DNA from: Nitrospirales bacterium
GTDB taxonomy: Bacteria > Nitrospirota > Nitrospiria > Nitrospirales > UBA8639
Direction of reading: 5' to 3'
Assembly: GCA_965203295.1 (NCBI GenBank)
Contig: CBDBCZ010000016.1
Span: forward strand, 192,001 to 256,000
DNA: 64,000 nucleotides
The position numbers and the translations under genes were made by a program. Shown piece after piece: positions 30,601 to 43,100 of the stretch. How positions within the stretch are numbered: position 1 is the first letter of the stretch; the number at the start of each line of letters is the position of its first letter. The notes under the pieces were generated by a model that was not told the DNA's origin, did not search any database, and saw nothing but the letters and a program-made list of their open reading frames with translations.

Positions 30601-33600
30601 GAGAACAATTTAGATACATGTATTCCTCACACCACAACATTACAGAATTATAGAGAAAAAAAGTAATAGTGGTCATTGTTGAGATAGTGTTTTTGATGCA
30701 AAGTCAAAAAGGGAATGGAGGTACGTAGGTATGTGGGACCCTTTACGTCATAGATACATGATACTTAATTACTGAACCCAGGATGCTGGTTTCCCTGGTG
30801 GCTTATGCTACCACATCCTAACTGAGTTGCCTTTTTGGAGTGAACTGCTCTAGATGTACTCCCATTCCCACTAATTAGGCGATGGGCCTTCACCTCATAG
30901 ACCATAGAGAGTGGGGTGTGTGATGCTTAGCCTAGGGATTGCATTTGTGATCATACGCATAATATTTACACATGTATTACGAATACAAGGTTGCAAAATA
31001 GAGTGAAGAGAGTTTCCTCGTATACTTTCAGTCATCCCTGTCTTGATATCACACACAAAAAGCTTTAATAATCTTAGAGTGATAGGCACAACTGCTTATT
31101 AAACCGAGTGTACAAGGGGAGATGGGTGCTGATGAGGCTGCCCAAGCATAATTCACCAATCAATTACTTATAGTATCAATTGATTGGTGAATTATGCTTG
31201 GGCAGCCTCATCAGCACCCATCTCCCCTTGTACACTCGGGTTAATAAGCAGTTGTGCCTATCACTCTAAGATTATTAAAGCTTTTTGTGTGTGACATCAA
31301 GACAGGGATGACTGAAAGTATACGAGGAAACTCTCTTCACTCTATTTTGCAACCTTGTATTCGTAATACATGTGTAAATATTATGCGTATGACGAGTCAT
31401 TTCACTTTGAGAGGGCTTCCTTTCTGCCAAGTTATTCTGTCGCTGTACCCCAGCAGAGTTTCAAGTATTCACGGTGAATATTAGTCTCGGCCCCAGACCC
31501 TCCCTGCACTCGCAAAAAAGTGCAGTGAGGGTCTGGGGCCGAGACTAGGTGAATATGTGCACTTGCTTACAACGTTGGCCTTCAAAGCCATCATGAAGAT
31601 AGACAGCAGACTGTACTTGCTGAGCGATAATGCAAAACTAGTAGCATGTTTGGATATTTTGGTGAAAATGAACAAGATACCACTTACTTTTAGTTGTGAA
31701 CTGACTCTGAAGGGGTTGTGGTAATTGGGATCCTCCGGAATTAACCCAATCTCTTGAGCCATCTAATTGCACAAAGGAAGAATAATCAACACCAATCATC
31801 TATGCAGTTACAAGCCACTTACTAGGTGTAATTGTGTTGCATGAGGTCCTGAGAAAATTGTCTTTGACTGGCTACAAAATTCCATGGCCCACTTGAACAC
31901 AGAGTGCCACTCCCTGTGCTTCTTGTAAATCTGATGAGCAAGCATGAAAAGAATTACATAATGTACACAAGTGATATGGGTGAATGATTTCACTCTCTGA
32001 TGAGTGCATGTCTAAAATCAGTTACGCACATGTAGTTGTGCATAAGGATCAGCTGTTATGTACCAGTAAAGGTACATTAAAAATAGGATTCTCACATGAA
32101 GCCTCAGATAATAAAGGTAGTATTGATACTGACGCTCATTTTAAGTTGCAACTACCCTCCCCCTGCATATAGCCCCTCTCTGAACCACTTCGAAATGATT
32201 GTGGAGATGTGAATGAGTATGTGATATATACACTAGTTGTAGCATACAACTAGTGTATATAGTTGCAGTATATACGTATGTATATACAGCAGCAGATGGC
32301 ATCTCATGAGCCACGCTATAAATCACCACCCCAAATGCACAATGTCATTTGTATTACACACTAAATGAAATACCTTCTTGATCATATCTGGCATCCGCAG
32401 CAAGAAATCCCCAAAAAAGATGACATTTTCATAGACATTACCGAGAACTGAGGAAATTTGAAGACACAACTCATATCTGTAACCACATACCAAAGCACTA
32501 GCCTTTCTTACCCTCCTGCATCCCCTGCTCTTCAGGAAATGGTAAGTCAGGAGTATACTTGGACTTGGTGATCTTGGTCTTTGCTTCTTCAAGCACCTAC
32601 AGATAAAGTATACTGCTGTATCCACTCATTCATGCTAACCTTCAGTTTAGTGTATTGGTACGTTTTAAGGTAATAATTTCAGCATCCGGATGCAGTGAGA
32701 ATGCTACTACTACATGTCATGGAGTAGTAGCTAAGTTTGGGTGTAGCACGTGTATCGTGTTTAGGAGATGGGGGGAAGGCCTAATGAGAGAGTAAATACG
32801 GTTGGAATTGGCTGGGTCCTACTGGTAAGTGCTACTAGCGGGTTGAGTGGCTATATAAAGCTTGCCTACGTACTGCTCCTCTGCCAAGGGGCTCCAGTAG
32901 CTCAATGGTAAGAGCATCTGACTAGTATTCAGAAGGTCTTGGGTTCAATCCCCCGCTGGGTCCCTTATTTCCCCAAGTTTTCTTTACTCTCTCAGAAAGC
33001 TTATCATCTCTTGAAGAGTTTGCATAGAAAGGTATCCAAGTAAGCTAGAATAACATAAGCAAGCTAGAATAACATAAGTAAGCTAGAATAACATAAGTTA
33101 GCTAGAATAACATTAGCAACAGGCTCTATATAGACCAGGATGCATTCAGCTATTATAACACTATAGAGCTAACTAGTAAGCAACTTCTCTATTATTGTGC
33201 TGCATGTATGGCAGAGGTCAAATGCTCCAAGGTCTTTCATGTCACAATAAACACGCAACACCTTTACACGTACTTAACGGCTATCAAGGGTGATTGACTT
33301 TTAAAAGTTAGGTCCTACCGGGAAAATGGCATCCATTAAAAAGGTGATAGTCTTGAATTGTTTGGCATAATCATCAATTTCCCACACTCTCTCTGCAGTT
33401 TCTATTTGCTCTTTACGCTTTAGAGAAAATAGACTCTTGTCTATCAGGTGCAGTCAAGGATTCATAACAGTCCCAGCTTAGCTACAAGCTAGTATACAGC
33501 TACAATCGACTACTGCCTGGTACAGCTAACAGTAACCATTTCCACCATACATATGATGTGTAAGGTACGTTCAGGTGGTACAGGTGTTAAGAGAACCAGT

Positions 33601-34732
33601 AACACGTACTCTAGGTTTGATGGTACCAGCTAGGAGCATAAATATCACTGCCATGAAGCACTCATGATAGTACTTGATCCGTGGAACTTATCATCACTAG
33701 GGCACTCGCTCAACAATGTTGAAGGGTGATTCTCAGTTGGCTAGTAGTCATCTTGAGATATACGTATCCTTGTTCCAACCCGCAACAGTTGTTTCAAAGA
33801 GCAGTTTGATTAAATTTCTTTGAAACAACTTTTGGGAGTTGGAACAAGTATACGTATATCTCAAGACTCTCTCAACAAAATTTAGGCCCTTAGCAGGATA
33901 TGGAGCAATGTTCGGTCGTGTGGCATGAATGCACAGTCGAACTGAGGGAAAAGGTGGAGAGAATTTAGAAGTACGGGATGAGGCTTATTCTCTGGCAGCC
34001 AGCCAGAACGCCTAGTGACGACACAACACGGACTGTGGGGTGGATACCACTTGAGCGAAGAAGAACGATGTTCAGACTGTCCCTGATCCAAAGGCATGAG
34101 GAGCCTGGGGGAAAAGCTGAGGCTGAGCATCGATGTGGGACACTACCAGACACGTGGGGACAACAAGCTGTTCCTACCAGCTGCAAGATCAGAGGTATTT
34201 CGACGGTCATTTGTGTTTAGGGGGTCTCAGGACTGGAATCGCTCACCTAATGATCTAAGAATAGCAGGACCGGGAGACAGGTTCAAGAAGGCCATGATGG
34301 AATACGAACAACAACTCTATTTCTTATAATAACTGCTGATTGTCTTTCTTTACTTTTTTTGTCAATTTTTATACCTATCTACTCTCTACTTCATTTTTAT
34401 TGTGTGTGTGTTAGTTTGCGTCCAGGGAGACCAGCCTCTGGTAGTCTCGCATATTAAGCGCGAGGGGCTGGCTACGTGAGGCTAAGCCTCTGGCTGATGA
34501 GACATTCCAGTCTAAAATTAAAATTTATCCCGTCCTATTCTTATTTTTACTCATAATTATTAATCTTAATACATGTTAATAGGATACAGATCTCAAGATG
34601 TTTGTGGTTCCGTGCTTCATTCTCGCTCTGATCGTGTTCTCCTGCAATTGGTCCGGTTCCCTTATCGTCAAGGCCAGCAATCCCTGCTGTATAGGACAAC
34701 ACAGCCAAGTTTACAAGCAGCAACGCCTTCAT
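24694..34732 (-). CDS. CCDC134: Coiled-coil domain-containing protein 134 (ER/secreted)
   Basis: Phase-consistent GT-AG exons 34732-34588, 33440-33319, 32596-32512, 32447-32374, 31930-31823, 31762-31688, 24774-24694. Signal peptide MKALLLVNLAVLSYTAG; YKSLFSLKRKEQ; NVYENVIFFGDFLLRMP; WAMEFCSQS; MAQEIGLIPEDPNYHNPF; C-terminal GPKLRGGRHSEL*. An additional small exon in the last intron cannot be excluded. Confidence 0.9.
26800..29504 (+). mobile_element. LINE copy B, same family, inserted into copy A
   Basis: RT ORFs 27106-27747, 27769-28302, 28624-29490 (DVQKAFD, FADD, CKLC...HVLWEC); (TAT)n tail; 16-bp TSD TTC(A/G)ATACTTCGCCCT at 26784-26799 and 29505-29520. Confidence 0.92.
28291..28429. mobile_element. 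piggyBac-like MITE inside LINE copy B
   Basis: Flanked by a duplicated TTAA; the empty site TTTTTTAAGTAATAGG is present in copy A at ~26735. Confidence 0.85.
30951..31392. repeat. Near-perfect palindrome, 215-bp arms with a 12-bp spacer
   Basis: Arms 30951-31165 and 31178-31392; two mismatches seen; the same ORF appears on both strands in the ORF track. Confidence 0.95.
31482..31547. mobile_element. 66-bp hairpin MITE, AcademH-like
   Basis: TAGTCTCGGCCCCAGACCCTC...GAGGGTCTGGGGCCGAGACTA; 9-bp TSD GGTGAATAT at 31473-31481 and 31548-31556. Confidence 0.88.
32730..33022 (+). mobile_element. tRNA-Thr(AGT)-containing interspersed repeat, second copy
   Basis: Collinear with 40887-41178 including the upstream TATAAAG and downstream TTTCTTTACTCTCTCAGAAAGCTT; tRNA-like part ~32891-32963 has a damaged T-stem. 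Confidence 0.8.
33751..33866. repeat. ~115-bp imperfect palindrome (MITE-like)
   Basis: TCTTGAGATATACGTATCCTTGTTCCAAC...GTTGTTTCAAAGA / TCTTTGAAACAAC...GTTGGAACAAGTATACGTATATCTCAAGA. Confidence 0.8.
33880..34530 (+). mobile_element. 3' fragment of a CR1/L2-like LINE in CCDC134 intron 1
   Basis: YQTRGDNKLFLP...RRSFVFRGSQDWNRSPNDLR...FKK resembles the CR1/L2 ORF2 C-terminus, followed by a T-rich 3' UTR. Confidence 0.65.
34442..34484. mobile_element. 43-bp TAG...CTA micro-element
   Basis: TAGTCTCGC...GTGAGGCTA; 9-bp TSD AGCCTCTGG at 34433-34441 and 34485-34493. Confidence 0.8.
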
Positions 34733-35067
34733 TTCAACGGTTTTGGAACGAGTTTGTGCCCATCCAGAACTGAGAATGTGGTCGGGAATGCCCGAATGAC
34801 GCCTACGTATCGAGTTTCGCTGGTCTCGTGCCCGACTGTCGCATATCAAGAACAAGGTTTAAAAAAAGCTCGAAGTCATTAAAGCCATGGTTGGGGTAAG
34901 GAGTTGGCTAAATTATACCATTGTAAATACAGACCAGTAACTATACTATCGTAGAGTACTAATAGTCGAATGTAGAGGTATCTACATGTACGTGGTTAAA
35001 AGTGGGTGGGGCTCATTGTCTTGTTTACCGTATATCGCCTCGTCTGTAGACGCAGCCAGGAAAGTCA
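34733..35067. promoter_or_regulatory. Probable bidirectional promoter between CCDC134 and SGCB
   Basis: 335 bp between divergent ATGs, CpG-enriched relative to the surrounding introns. Confidence 0.6.
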
Positions 35068-36663
35068 ATGTGGAAGAAATACCGCGAAAAGAAGGAAGCA
35101 AAAAAACACCACAGCGGGAACTTTAACACAGGATATGTTGCTGCAAAAGAGCACTACCTGAATAGGAGTGGACTTCGAGGCAGAAAACGCTGGATCTTCT
35201 TCGCGATATTCCTCCTCGTTTGCATCGTTACTCTCGCCCACCTGACCGTAAGAGATGCCACACGCGAAAAAGAGTCTGGCTTGATACACCATGCAGCACA
35301 TATATTTAAATAGAGCATGGTTGCTACAATTAATAAATTAGCAATGTGGCAAACTCAAAGTCAGAGAACTAACACACCTTTTTGTACGTAAAGAGAGTTA
35401 GAGTTGTAATTGGCTAGGCCTAAGTCCTACCACCAATAAGTCACATTTGACTAGCATTCAGAAGCTCAATACAAAGCTTGGCTCTGATTTCTTTTCATTT
35501 TCTCTACTCCCTCAAGATTTCTTCTTCGCATATGGTATAGGAATAATCAGGAGCACGTAAAGACGTCATTATACTCTCCTGAGTATATGTAGTAATAGTG
35601 CTAGCATACATTGGTGTTTTCTTTTGCCCAGCAGATCACTTGTATCATCCTTGGAGTTCTAGAATTTAGAGCAGATGGATTTCCATTCTTGGTCTTCAAT
35701 AGTAATGGTGGACTTGTGTGGCCTGCTGGAGCCAGGATTTCAGATGTTAGGGTAGCGGACGCTATACGCACCTACAGTGGAAGCCAGCTATCTGTATCTG
35801 GACAGGAAGTATGTCATGATCAGTAATTAAGTGTTGTAACAAGGTTATTCCGTGTGGCTGCATTGCATGACATAGACCACCCATTTTTGTTTTGCAGGTT
35901 ACTCTTGAAGCGGGCAGCCAAAGAAATGTTCCATCTAGTGCAGGAGTTCTGAACCCTTCACAGATCACTATTAACGAGTCGAGTGTGAATTTCCTTCCAT
36001 TCACATCCATATTTGTTAGCAGCAATGGACAGAGTTTGCTAGCTGCTAATTCATCACTCATCATGGTCGATAGACTTTCAAACTTGGAGTCACTAAAGAC
36101 TACAAGGATTGTGGCCAACACAGTAAGTTTTGTGTTGATATTCTGCACTGGCTGGAACAGGCATGGGAGACAGGCTGGCTTTGCTATCTGCATGACAAGT
36201 CAGAGACTTTGAAGCAAGACTTGTAAGAGTCCGGGGTAAATTGGAAGATTTTATGTTCAAAAGTGACTTTATTTTTACAGATTAGGGGATCAAACCAAAA
36301 CACAGAGGCAACAGGACCTACTATCAACTTAGTAGGTGCTCGAGGATTGTTTCTTGGAGGAGGGCAAGTGGATATAAGTGGAAGAAGCATTTCATTTAGT
36401 CAAGAGATGGCTGAGGTATGCATTCCAATATTGCACAGCACTGTATGTTCATTTCAATACAATGTTAGTGCCTTTTATTGCTGTAGGTACCCATTCAGTT
36501 CCAGGGAAGGACAGGCATTGCTCTTCAAGGACTACCTCAAATCACCAGTGCTGGCAGAAATGACGGAAGTCAGTATCACCTCTGTGCTTGTTCAAGTGGC
36601 AAACTGTTTAGAGTTCCAGCAAATCCCAGGCGTTGTGCTGCGGCGAATGGACCTTGCAGTTGA
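35068..36663 (+). CDS. SGCB: Beta-sarcoglycan-like type II membrane protein, 296 aa
   Basis: Phase-0 GT-AG exons 35068-35247, 35635-35808, 35898-36122, 36281-36415, 36487-36663. N-terminal HSGNFNTGYV...GLRGRK then a TM helix; C-terminal YHLCACSSGKLFRV...C.....PC cysteine cluster typical of sarcoglycans. Confidence 0.9.
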
Positions 36664-37228
36664 AGAGGCTTTAGAGCTGTCATGACAGTCATTCTCAACT
36701 TCTATTAAGTGGCATTTATCGTACTGCCCACAAAGGAGTGGGACTATACAGTTATAATTGTAATCTGCTGAGTATTGACAGTCATGCTTGTACGTAATGA
36801 GGGGGCAAGTCAAATTTGGTGGGGCTTTCCAGCAGAGGTCTAGGACTAATCCTGGTCTGGTCACAGTAGTCTCTACAGAGCTACGCAGACGCACAAAGAG
36901 CTACCACACCATTGCTAGCGTACAGCTCCTAGTCAACAGTTCAAAATAAAGGGTCAAAACTTAGACAAAGTACCTGGAACTCTTGGTATATATCATACCC
37001 ACACTGCAGCTTTCACGGCGGCAACAGAGCTAAATTACTCAGAACAAGCTTCTTTGAACCATGCAGCCACATGCTTCAAATTCAGTACAATGCATGCTAT
37101 GTTTTCAGATACTTTTCACTAATCTCAACATAATATAGACTAGCACACTATCTTTCTTTGGCCGGTATAAGCTAAGGAACAGTTAGTGTATGGTAAAACA
37201 CAAGTATTGTTTCTTTTTAACTATAGCA

Positions 37229-37486
37229 TGGGAGATTGTGGTGAAATTTAGTGTGGCCCATTAATTGAGGGTTAACCCTGGTAATTACTATTTTCCCTAT
37301 CGTGGTGTAAAAGAAAGGCTTTAGCACAGGAAATTGTGGTGAAATTTAGTGTGGCCCTGAATCGAGGGTTAACCCTGGTAATTACTATTTTCCCTATCAT
37401 TTAGTGTGGCCAATTAATTGAGGGTTAACCCTGGTAGTTATCGTTTTCCCTATCGTGGTGTAAAAGAAAGGCTTTAGCACGGGAAA
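37229..37486. repeat. Local direct repeats (three related units)
   Basis: TTTAGTGTGGCC...GAGGGTTAACCCTGGTA..TTTTCCCTATC occurs three times. Confidence 0.8.
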
Positions 37487-38572
37487 TATTGAGAATGGGA
37501 TAGTATGTTAGTTGGCATCAAAAGTGATGTCAGAAGAATGGTAATTTAATATGCCTTTGTTCCAACACCATGAATGAAATTTAAAACTGCATGCCATGTG
37601 TACCCATACTGTTATTATATTGTAATAGCATATCCTGAGAGGCAGCAAAATTCATTGCCCACTGCAATTTGTCATAGGTGATATTGGAATGGAATTTGAC
37701 AAGGAAAAGCTGAGTGGAATTTGTCGTTCTTTCAACGCTACAATTGAAATTTGACTGACACCCATGCTGATATACACTAGGTATACACGTAATGTATCAT
37801 GGGTTTTTAAAGTGTATGGGATTTGTACTCTAAGGGCAGTTGTATGTGCCCTCAGGATTACGTATAACTACATGAAGAGTACAAACCCTTGTAGTCTGGA
37901 AGCCATACAAATCAAAGGCACTGCTCTGTGTTTCGAGCTAATTACTCCAAAAGCAGTATATGTATTGATTACTAGGCCACTAATATACCTAGCCACAATT
38001 GAATTTCACAGCGGGTAATGATTCTTAGAACTGCACTCTTACTAATCCGAACCTAGCAACCTGAAACCTGCAATACCTTGCCAGGCTACGAGTTGGTAAC
38101 ATCACTTGGTTTGGTGGTTTAGGTAAATACGTGTATACATGATATATGTACGTCACGGGGTGGATTGCGTAATAGTGACAAATTGTGGTTGTCTGTAGCA
38201 AAAAGGGATAAATTGTGAAGGTTTTCCACTTTCACCACACTATACCAATATTGGGCGGGACATCTCGCATGTGAGAATTAAAAGTGGCAAGCAAGCCATG
38301 CCTACAGCACTCTCATGCAGTGCTAGGAGCAGGACTATAGTGTACGTGTGGTGGGCGCACTACATCACGGAAACAAGGTGTAGTCTACACACCTCTTTAG
38401 TGTAATTCCTTCCTCGCATCAACTAGCTCCTCCTTCGTATCAACCATACACACCTACTAGCTGAACAGCACTGATCAAGGCTGGAATTAGCTGTTATACA
38501 TCCACTAACCTCAACACTACCTCAACAGAGTTGAGTACTCATAGCAGACCACCCAATTGACCAACTCAGTAA

Positions 38573-38747
38573 CAGTGGAACCCCACTTAGAGGACACCCT
38601 TGAAATAGGACACCTCTGTATCAAGGACACTTTGCTATGTCCCAAATATGTCTTCTCAGTATAAATTTACCCCTGAAATAAGGACACCTCTCTATATAGG
38701 ACACTTCACCAGGTCCCCAATGTGTCCACAATAGAGGGGTTGCACTG
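38573..38747. mobile_element. Tc1/pogo-type MITE
   Basis: CAGTGGAACCCC...GGGGTTGCACTG-TA termini and repeated internal AGGACAC motifs. Confidence 0.7.
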
Positions 38748-39891
38748 TAGCTAGATACCCAATAGCTTGCACGTATGCAGTAATGGTGGTGGGGGTAACG
38801 TAAGCCACGCTAATGGGTGGGGCTCAGGTTTGTACATAGTACAAATGTTATGACTTCACCATTAATTTGCGATTTAAGATGCTACACAGCTACTTTGTAA
38901 TTATACTGTATGGATGCTAACAAGGATAGGTTAGTTTATTGGGATGCAGGTAGAGCAAATGGCTGACAAATGGCTGACAAATTTCAATTAGGACATGTAT
39001 ACATACACTTGCATACATGTAGGAAAAAGATTATCCCTCCCCTCCCGTGACTAACATATGTACATTGTGCTCAGAATTGTATGTTAATAAAAGGTGGCCA
39101 TACATTTGTCAGGTACATTGAGAGGCATGTAGGTGTTAATTAAGTAATTAAGTCGAAATAATCATCAAAATGCTTATTATTTTGTATAGGGTGCTCCTGA
39201 ATGTAGTTCTTCTGAAGTACGTGTTCTGTTGTGGACCAATCTGACTTGCTAGAATGTACATGTAGTAGTAAAACAATGTTGAATTAAAAACAATATGATG
39301 TACTTATAGATAACAGCAATATCCATTTATAGACAACAAGCTGGCAATGGGAGGTGTAAAGACTTCAATGGTATATACAATTATTATAGGTCTAATTGAT
39401 TTTTTATCAATCACAACACACTTACCAGATTTATGTTGTGACCCTGCCCAATATAGCAGTCGTGATTCCGCTCCACTTATCCAAACAATCCCAAGAAACG
39501 CATCATTCTTAGGTAAGGAAACACAAATACGCACTTGAAAGGAAACCAATTAAAATAAACAAAACAACAATAACATATATATATATATAAATTATATACA
39601 TATTATAATCTTATATGTACCGGTACTAGCCATACACTGACTATTCTTCTTCTTTTCTGGTTTCCTTACTGTAGATGTACCTACTATCGCGTCTGCACAC
39701 TGTCTCATAGGCCATGCAGTTTTGGCCTGTTGCCCAAGGGGCGAGACATTAATAATTATATGTCTATAATAGGGGCACTTATATGGGCTAGTCCTCCTGT
39801 GCAACCTCTTCACTTATGAGATAAACTTTAAAAAGCTGCTACCAGCACTGACATGGCATAAATCTTTCTTTTATGTTTGCACCAAGCTAGC

Positions 39892-39950
39892 TAGTCTCGA
39901 GGGCCAGACTTCCCCCCCCCCCCACAAAAATCGTCTGGCCCTCGAGACTA
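39892..39950. mobile_element. 59-bp hairpin MITE of the TAG...CTA family upstream of DCTN3
   Basis: TAGTCTCGAGGGCCAGAC...GTCTGGCCCTCGAGACTA; AAGCTAGC duplicated on both sides (8 bp). Confidence 0.8.
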
Positions 39951-40108
39951 AAGCTAGCTGGAGTGAAGGCCTGGGAACAAGAGTACCACCAGCACCACTG
40001 AAAGCAGTGCTCACGCCCACCTTGGAGGAAAAAGAATTTCCCGGATACTATTAAATGACGTCACTACCCCTAAGCCACGCCTAGCTAGCTACGTCCTCAG
40101 ATCAGAAA

Positions 40109-43100
40109 ATGGCTGAAGTGAAGGCCGTTGACGTGAGTGCTGTCGCTTCTGACAGCTACCTAGACTCATTGAAGAGGCGACTGGATATCCTAGAAAAGAA
40201 GGTCCTCGGAAAACCGGGTGTTAATCAGCCTCCTCTCGTGTCCACCGTAAAGAGTCTGCAGAAAAAGCTCGACTCGTTGGGAGGAAGTGTGGCCCAGGCC
40301 TGGCAGAAGATTGAATCCCTAGAGGAATTGCTGAGTCTCGAGCGCACTGGTTATCTTAAGCTATCTGAGGATGCCAAAGCTGAACTGCTCCTGAACTATG
40401 CGGAACATCTGAAGCCTCTGTCGGAAAGAGGTGGGCTATTCCATTTAATAATCGTACACCCCCTGTGGATGAACAGTTTGGCAAAAGTAGTACCCCCCCT
40501 AGACATAATTTGGCAGGCAGCCCCCCCTGGACAGTTAATCACTTGTGACTTAGCTCCCCTCTGACACAATTAGTAGTCCCCTAGACAGTCAATCACTTGT
40601 GACTTAGATCCCCCCTGGCGCAATTAGTAGTGGTCTGCCCCCCCCCCCCCCCCCCCCGTAATTAATCATTACTTTCTCATCACCTAGTCTCGCCCTTGAG
40701 ACTACTCATCACCCTAACTATAAATGCTTGGGGCAGATGACGGAATTTTTTTATTCACCATACGTGTGTATTCGGGATTTCTTTACTCTCTCAGAAAGCT
40801 TTCTTCTCTTGATGAGTTCACAATGTGAGTACTTAGTTTTCAGTTCTGTGTCTTTGGTGGTTTAATTACCCCGGCAGACTGATCCAGGCTAAGTTTGGGT
40901 GTAGCACGTTTCTCGTGTTTAGATGGGGGGAGAGGCCTATAATGAGAGAGTAATTACAGTTGGAATTGGCTGGGTCCTACTGGCAAGTGCTACTAGCTGG
41001 TTTAGTGGCTATATAAAGCTTGCCTACTGCTCCTCTGCCAAGGGGGCTCCAGTAGCTCAATTGGTAAGAGCATCTGACTAGTATTCAGAAGGTCCTGGGT
41101 TCAATCCCTAGCTGGGTCCCGATTTTCGGGATTTCTTTACTCTCTCAGAAAGCTTTCTTCTCTTGATGAGTTCACAATTGAGTTGGTGTGGCCTAAAATG
41201 CAAGACTGCATCTGGGTTTAGCTGAACTGAGCAAACTAGTACCTGTCATTGTAATTCCTATTTGCTCCAGCCACTGACAGTCAGTCTGACAAAGCTGAGT
41301 TTTAGTATACACGAACACGTGATCAGCAGGAAGTTGCTGAGTTGGGTTCCCATAACTCAATTACTGACGCTGTACAAAGTGCGTAATGAAGAGTGGGCGG
41401 TATAACCGGTTGTGGTTTGCCACTTAGCTGAGCATTCAGTAGAATATTCCTTCGTGTCTCTAAGTTTGACATAGCGTATCTCTGATATAGAACAGATATC
41501 CAAGTATAGTATTTGGTAGAGCTGTAACACCTGACTATCCTTGTGTTTTTTCCTAGAGACAACACTCGAATTTAGTAGCACTGTGCTTGCCTGAAGTACT
41601 GACATTTCTTGGGTGCTATATCTCCCCTCCTAGCTCGTCTTTTGACAAGTTCTTGTAGTATAGTGTACAGCTGGTGGTAGCCTACCTGTGCAGAAAGTAT
41701 GGGACTGCTGAGTCACCTTGCACCGTGCTGCCCGGAAAGCTAAAGTTGCCATGCGTGCGCAAAAAGATGTAACACTTATTACTGCTATTGTAAACTTCTG
41801 TCACCTGTGCACAGCGTATCCAATATTCATGCAGAAAGTGTATACAGCTTGAGAGATATAACAACTCCAACAGCATGCACTGGTGACTCCATGAGCAGCC
41901 ATTGGCTGAAACCATACGAATTCCAGTACTTCCTGTTCAGATAAAATTCGAGTGTTTGTGTATATTGGTTTGGAAATTCGAGACTCAGTCCCTTGCAACA
42001 TTGATGAATTGAATTTCCAGTTGCACAACTGGGTACCAGTTAGTAGCTGGATATCCCTTTGTACTGTAGTGTACCTGGCACTGTCCCATTGCACAACCAG
42101 ACGTAACAAGCACGTTAATTTTGGACCCCATACATATATTCCCCCTGGAACAGATATTCTGGGTTTGCAGTTTAAAAAGGTTTTGCATGTGTATATGCGT
42201 GTAGCAACCTGTCAATCAGTCAATAGACGACGGTGGATGACAATCCAAAGTGTATCTTAATAAATAGAAACCAATTTACACCGCTTGATCGTGCTGTCAA
42301 ACTTCAACACTAAAGGAGCCTACTCAAACTGGAATCTGTAGTAAGCATAGCCTTGCTCCCAGGCTCCCCCCACTAACACTCGTGAAATAGATGGGAGGAG
42401 AATCCTAGTTGATTTTATCACATGCACACGATATTTGAGTCAAAAGGTACATGATGTAGGTGGATGACGTAGAATGTGGGAAGTGGTGCGTAGATCAGCT
42501 AAGAGCCAGTGACAAGAGTGAAGGGAGTCTTGTTGAAGCTTCTCTAAGAGTGGAAGGACCATTCTCGCAGAAAGGCAGCAGGTGAATTGTAGCAGTATCA
42601 GTTTGAAATCTAGCCACTGTTACTCACCTGGCTGGCTTTGTCTTTGGCCAGAATGGTCCTTCCACTATTTGAGAAGCTTCAAACAAGTCTCTAGTCACCC
42701 TTTTTACTGTTTCTTTGCTGATCTGCTGCACCGTTTTGCACATTCTATGTCATTCATACACCTTTTAACATCAAACATCTACCTCAATGTCACGTGCACA
42801 TGTTAAAATCAACCACCCCTCCTTGGAAGTGCCACACCTCTTGGAAGAAATACGTGTACTTTAGATTTGTGATGTAATACAGTGCTAAAATAGCGGGTAA
42901 ATGGTAACTTTTCTCATGAGTAGCCTTGTTCCCAGTTCCACTGCCCAGTTATTTTGCACAGTGGGCCCACAAGACCAAAATCACTGCATGGGCATACAGT
43001 AGCTAGTGTGAAGGGAAGACGACTCAAACTTACATTTATGTCTTGTTACGGTTTATAGTAGAAACTTACAGTTAGAATAGTGTGTGTTGGTGCTTTTTTT

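Noticed and set aside
30895..31484. Twin MPITLRLLK ORFs on opposite strands
   Set aside because: Artefact of the palindrome; no coding features
40431..40564. C-terminal part of the 151-aa ORF 40109-40564
   Set aside because: Read-through into intron 1 of DCTN3; family similarity resumes only at 43892
41320..42260. Several 80-100-aa ORFs in the DCTN3 intron
   Set aside because: No recognisable motifs or splice structure; probably decayed repeat
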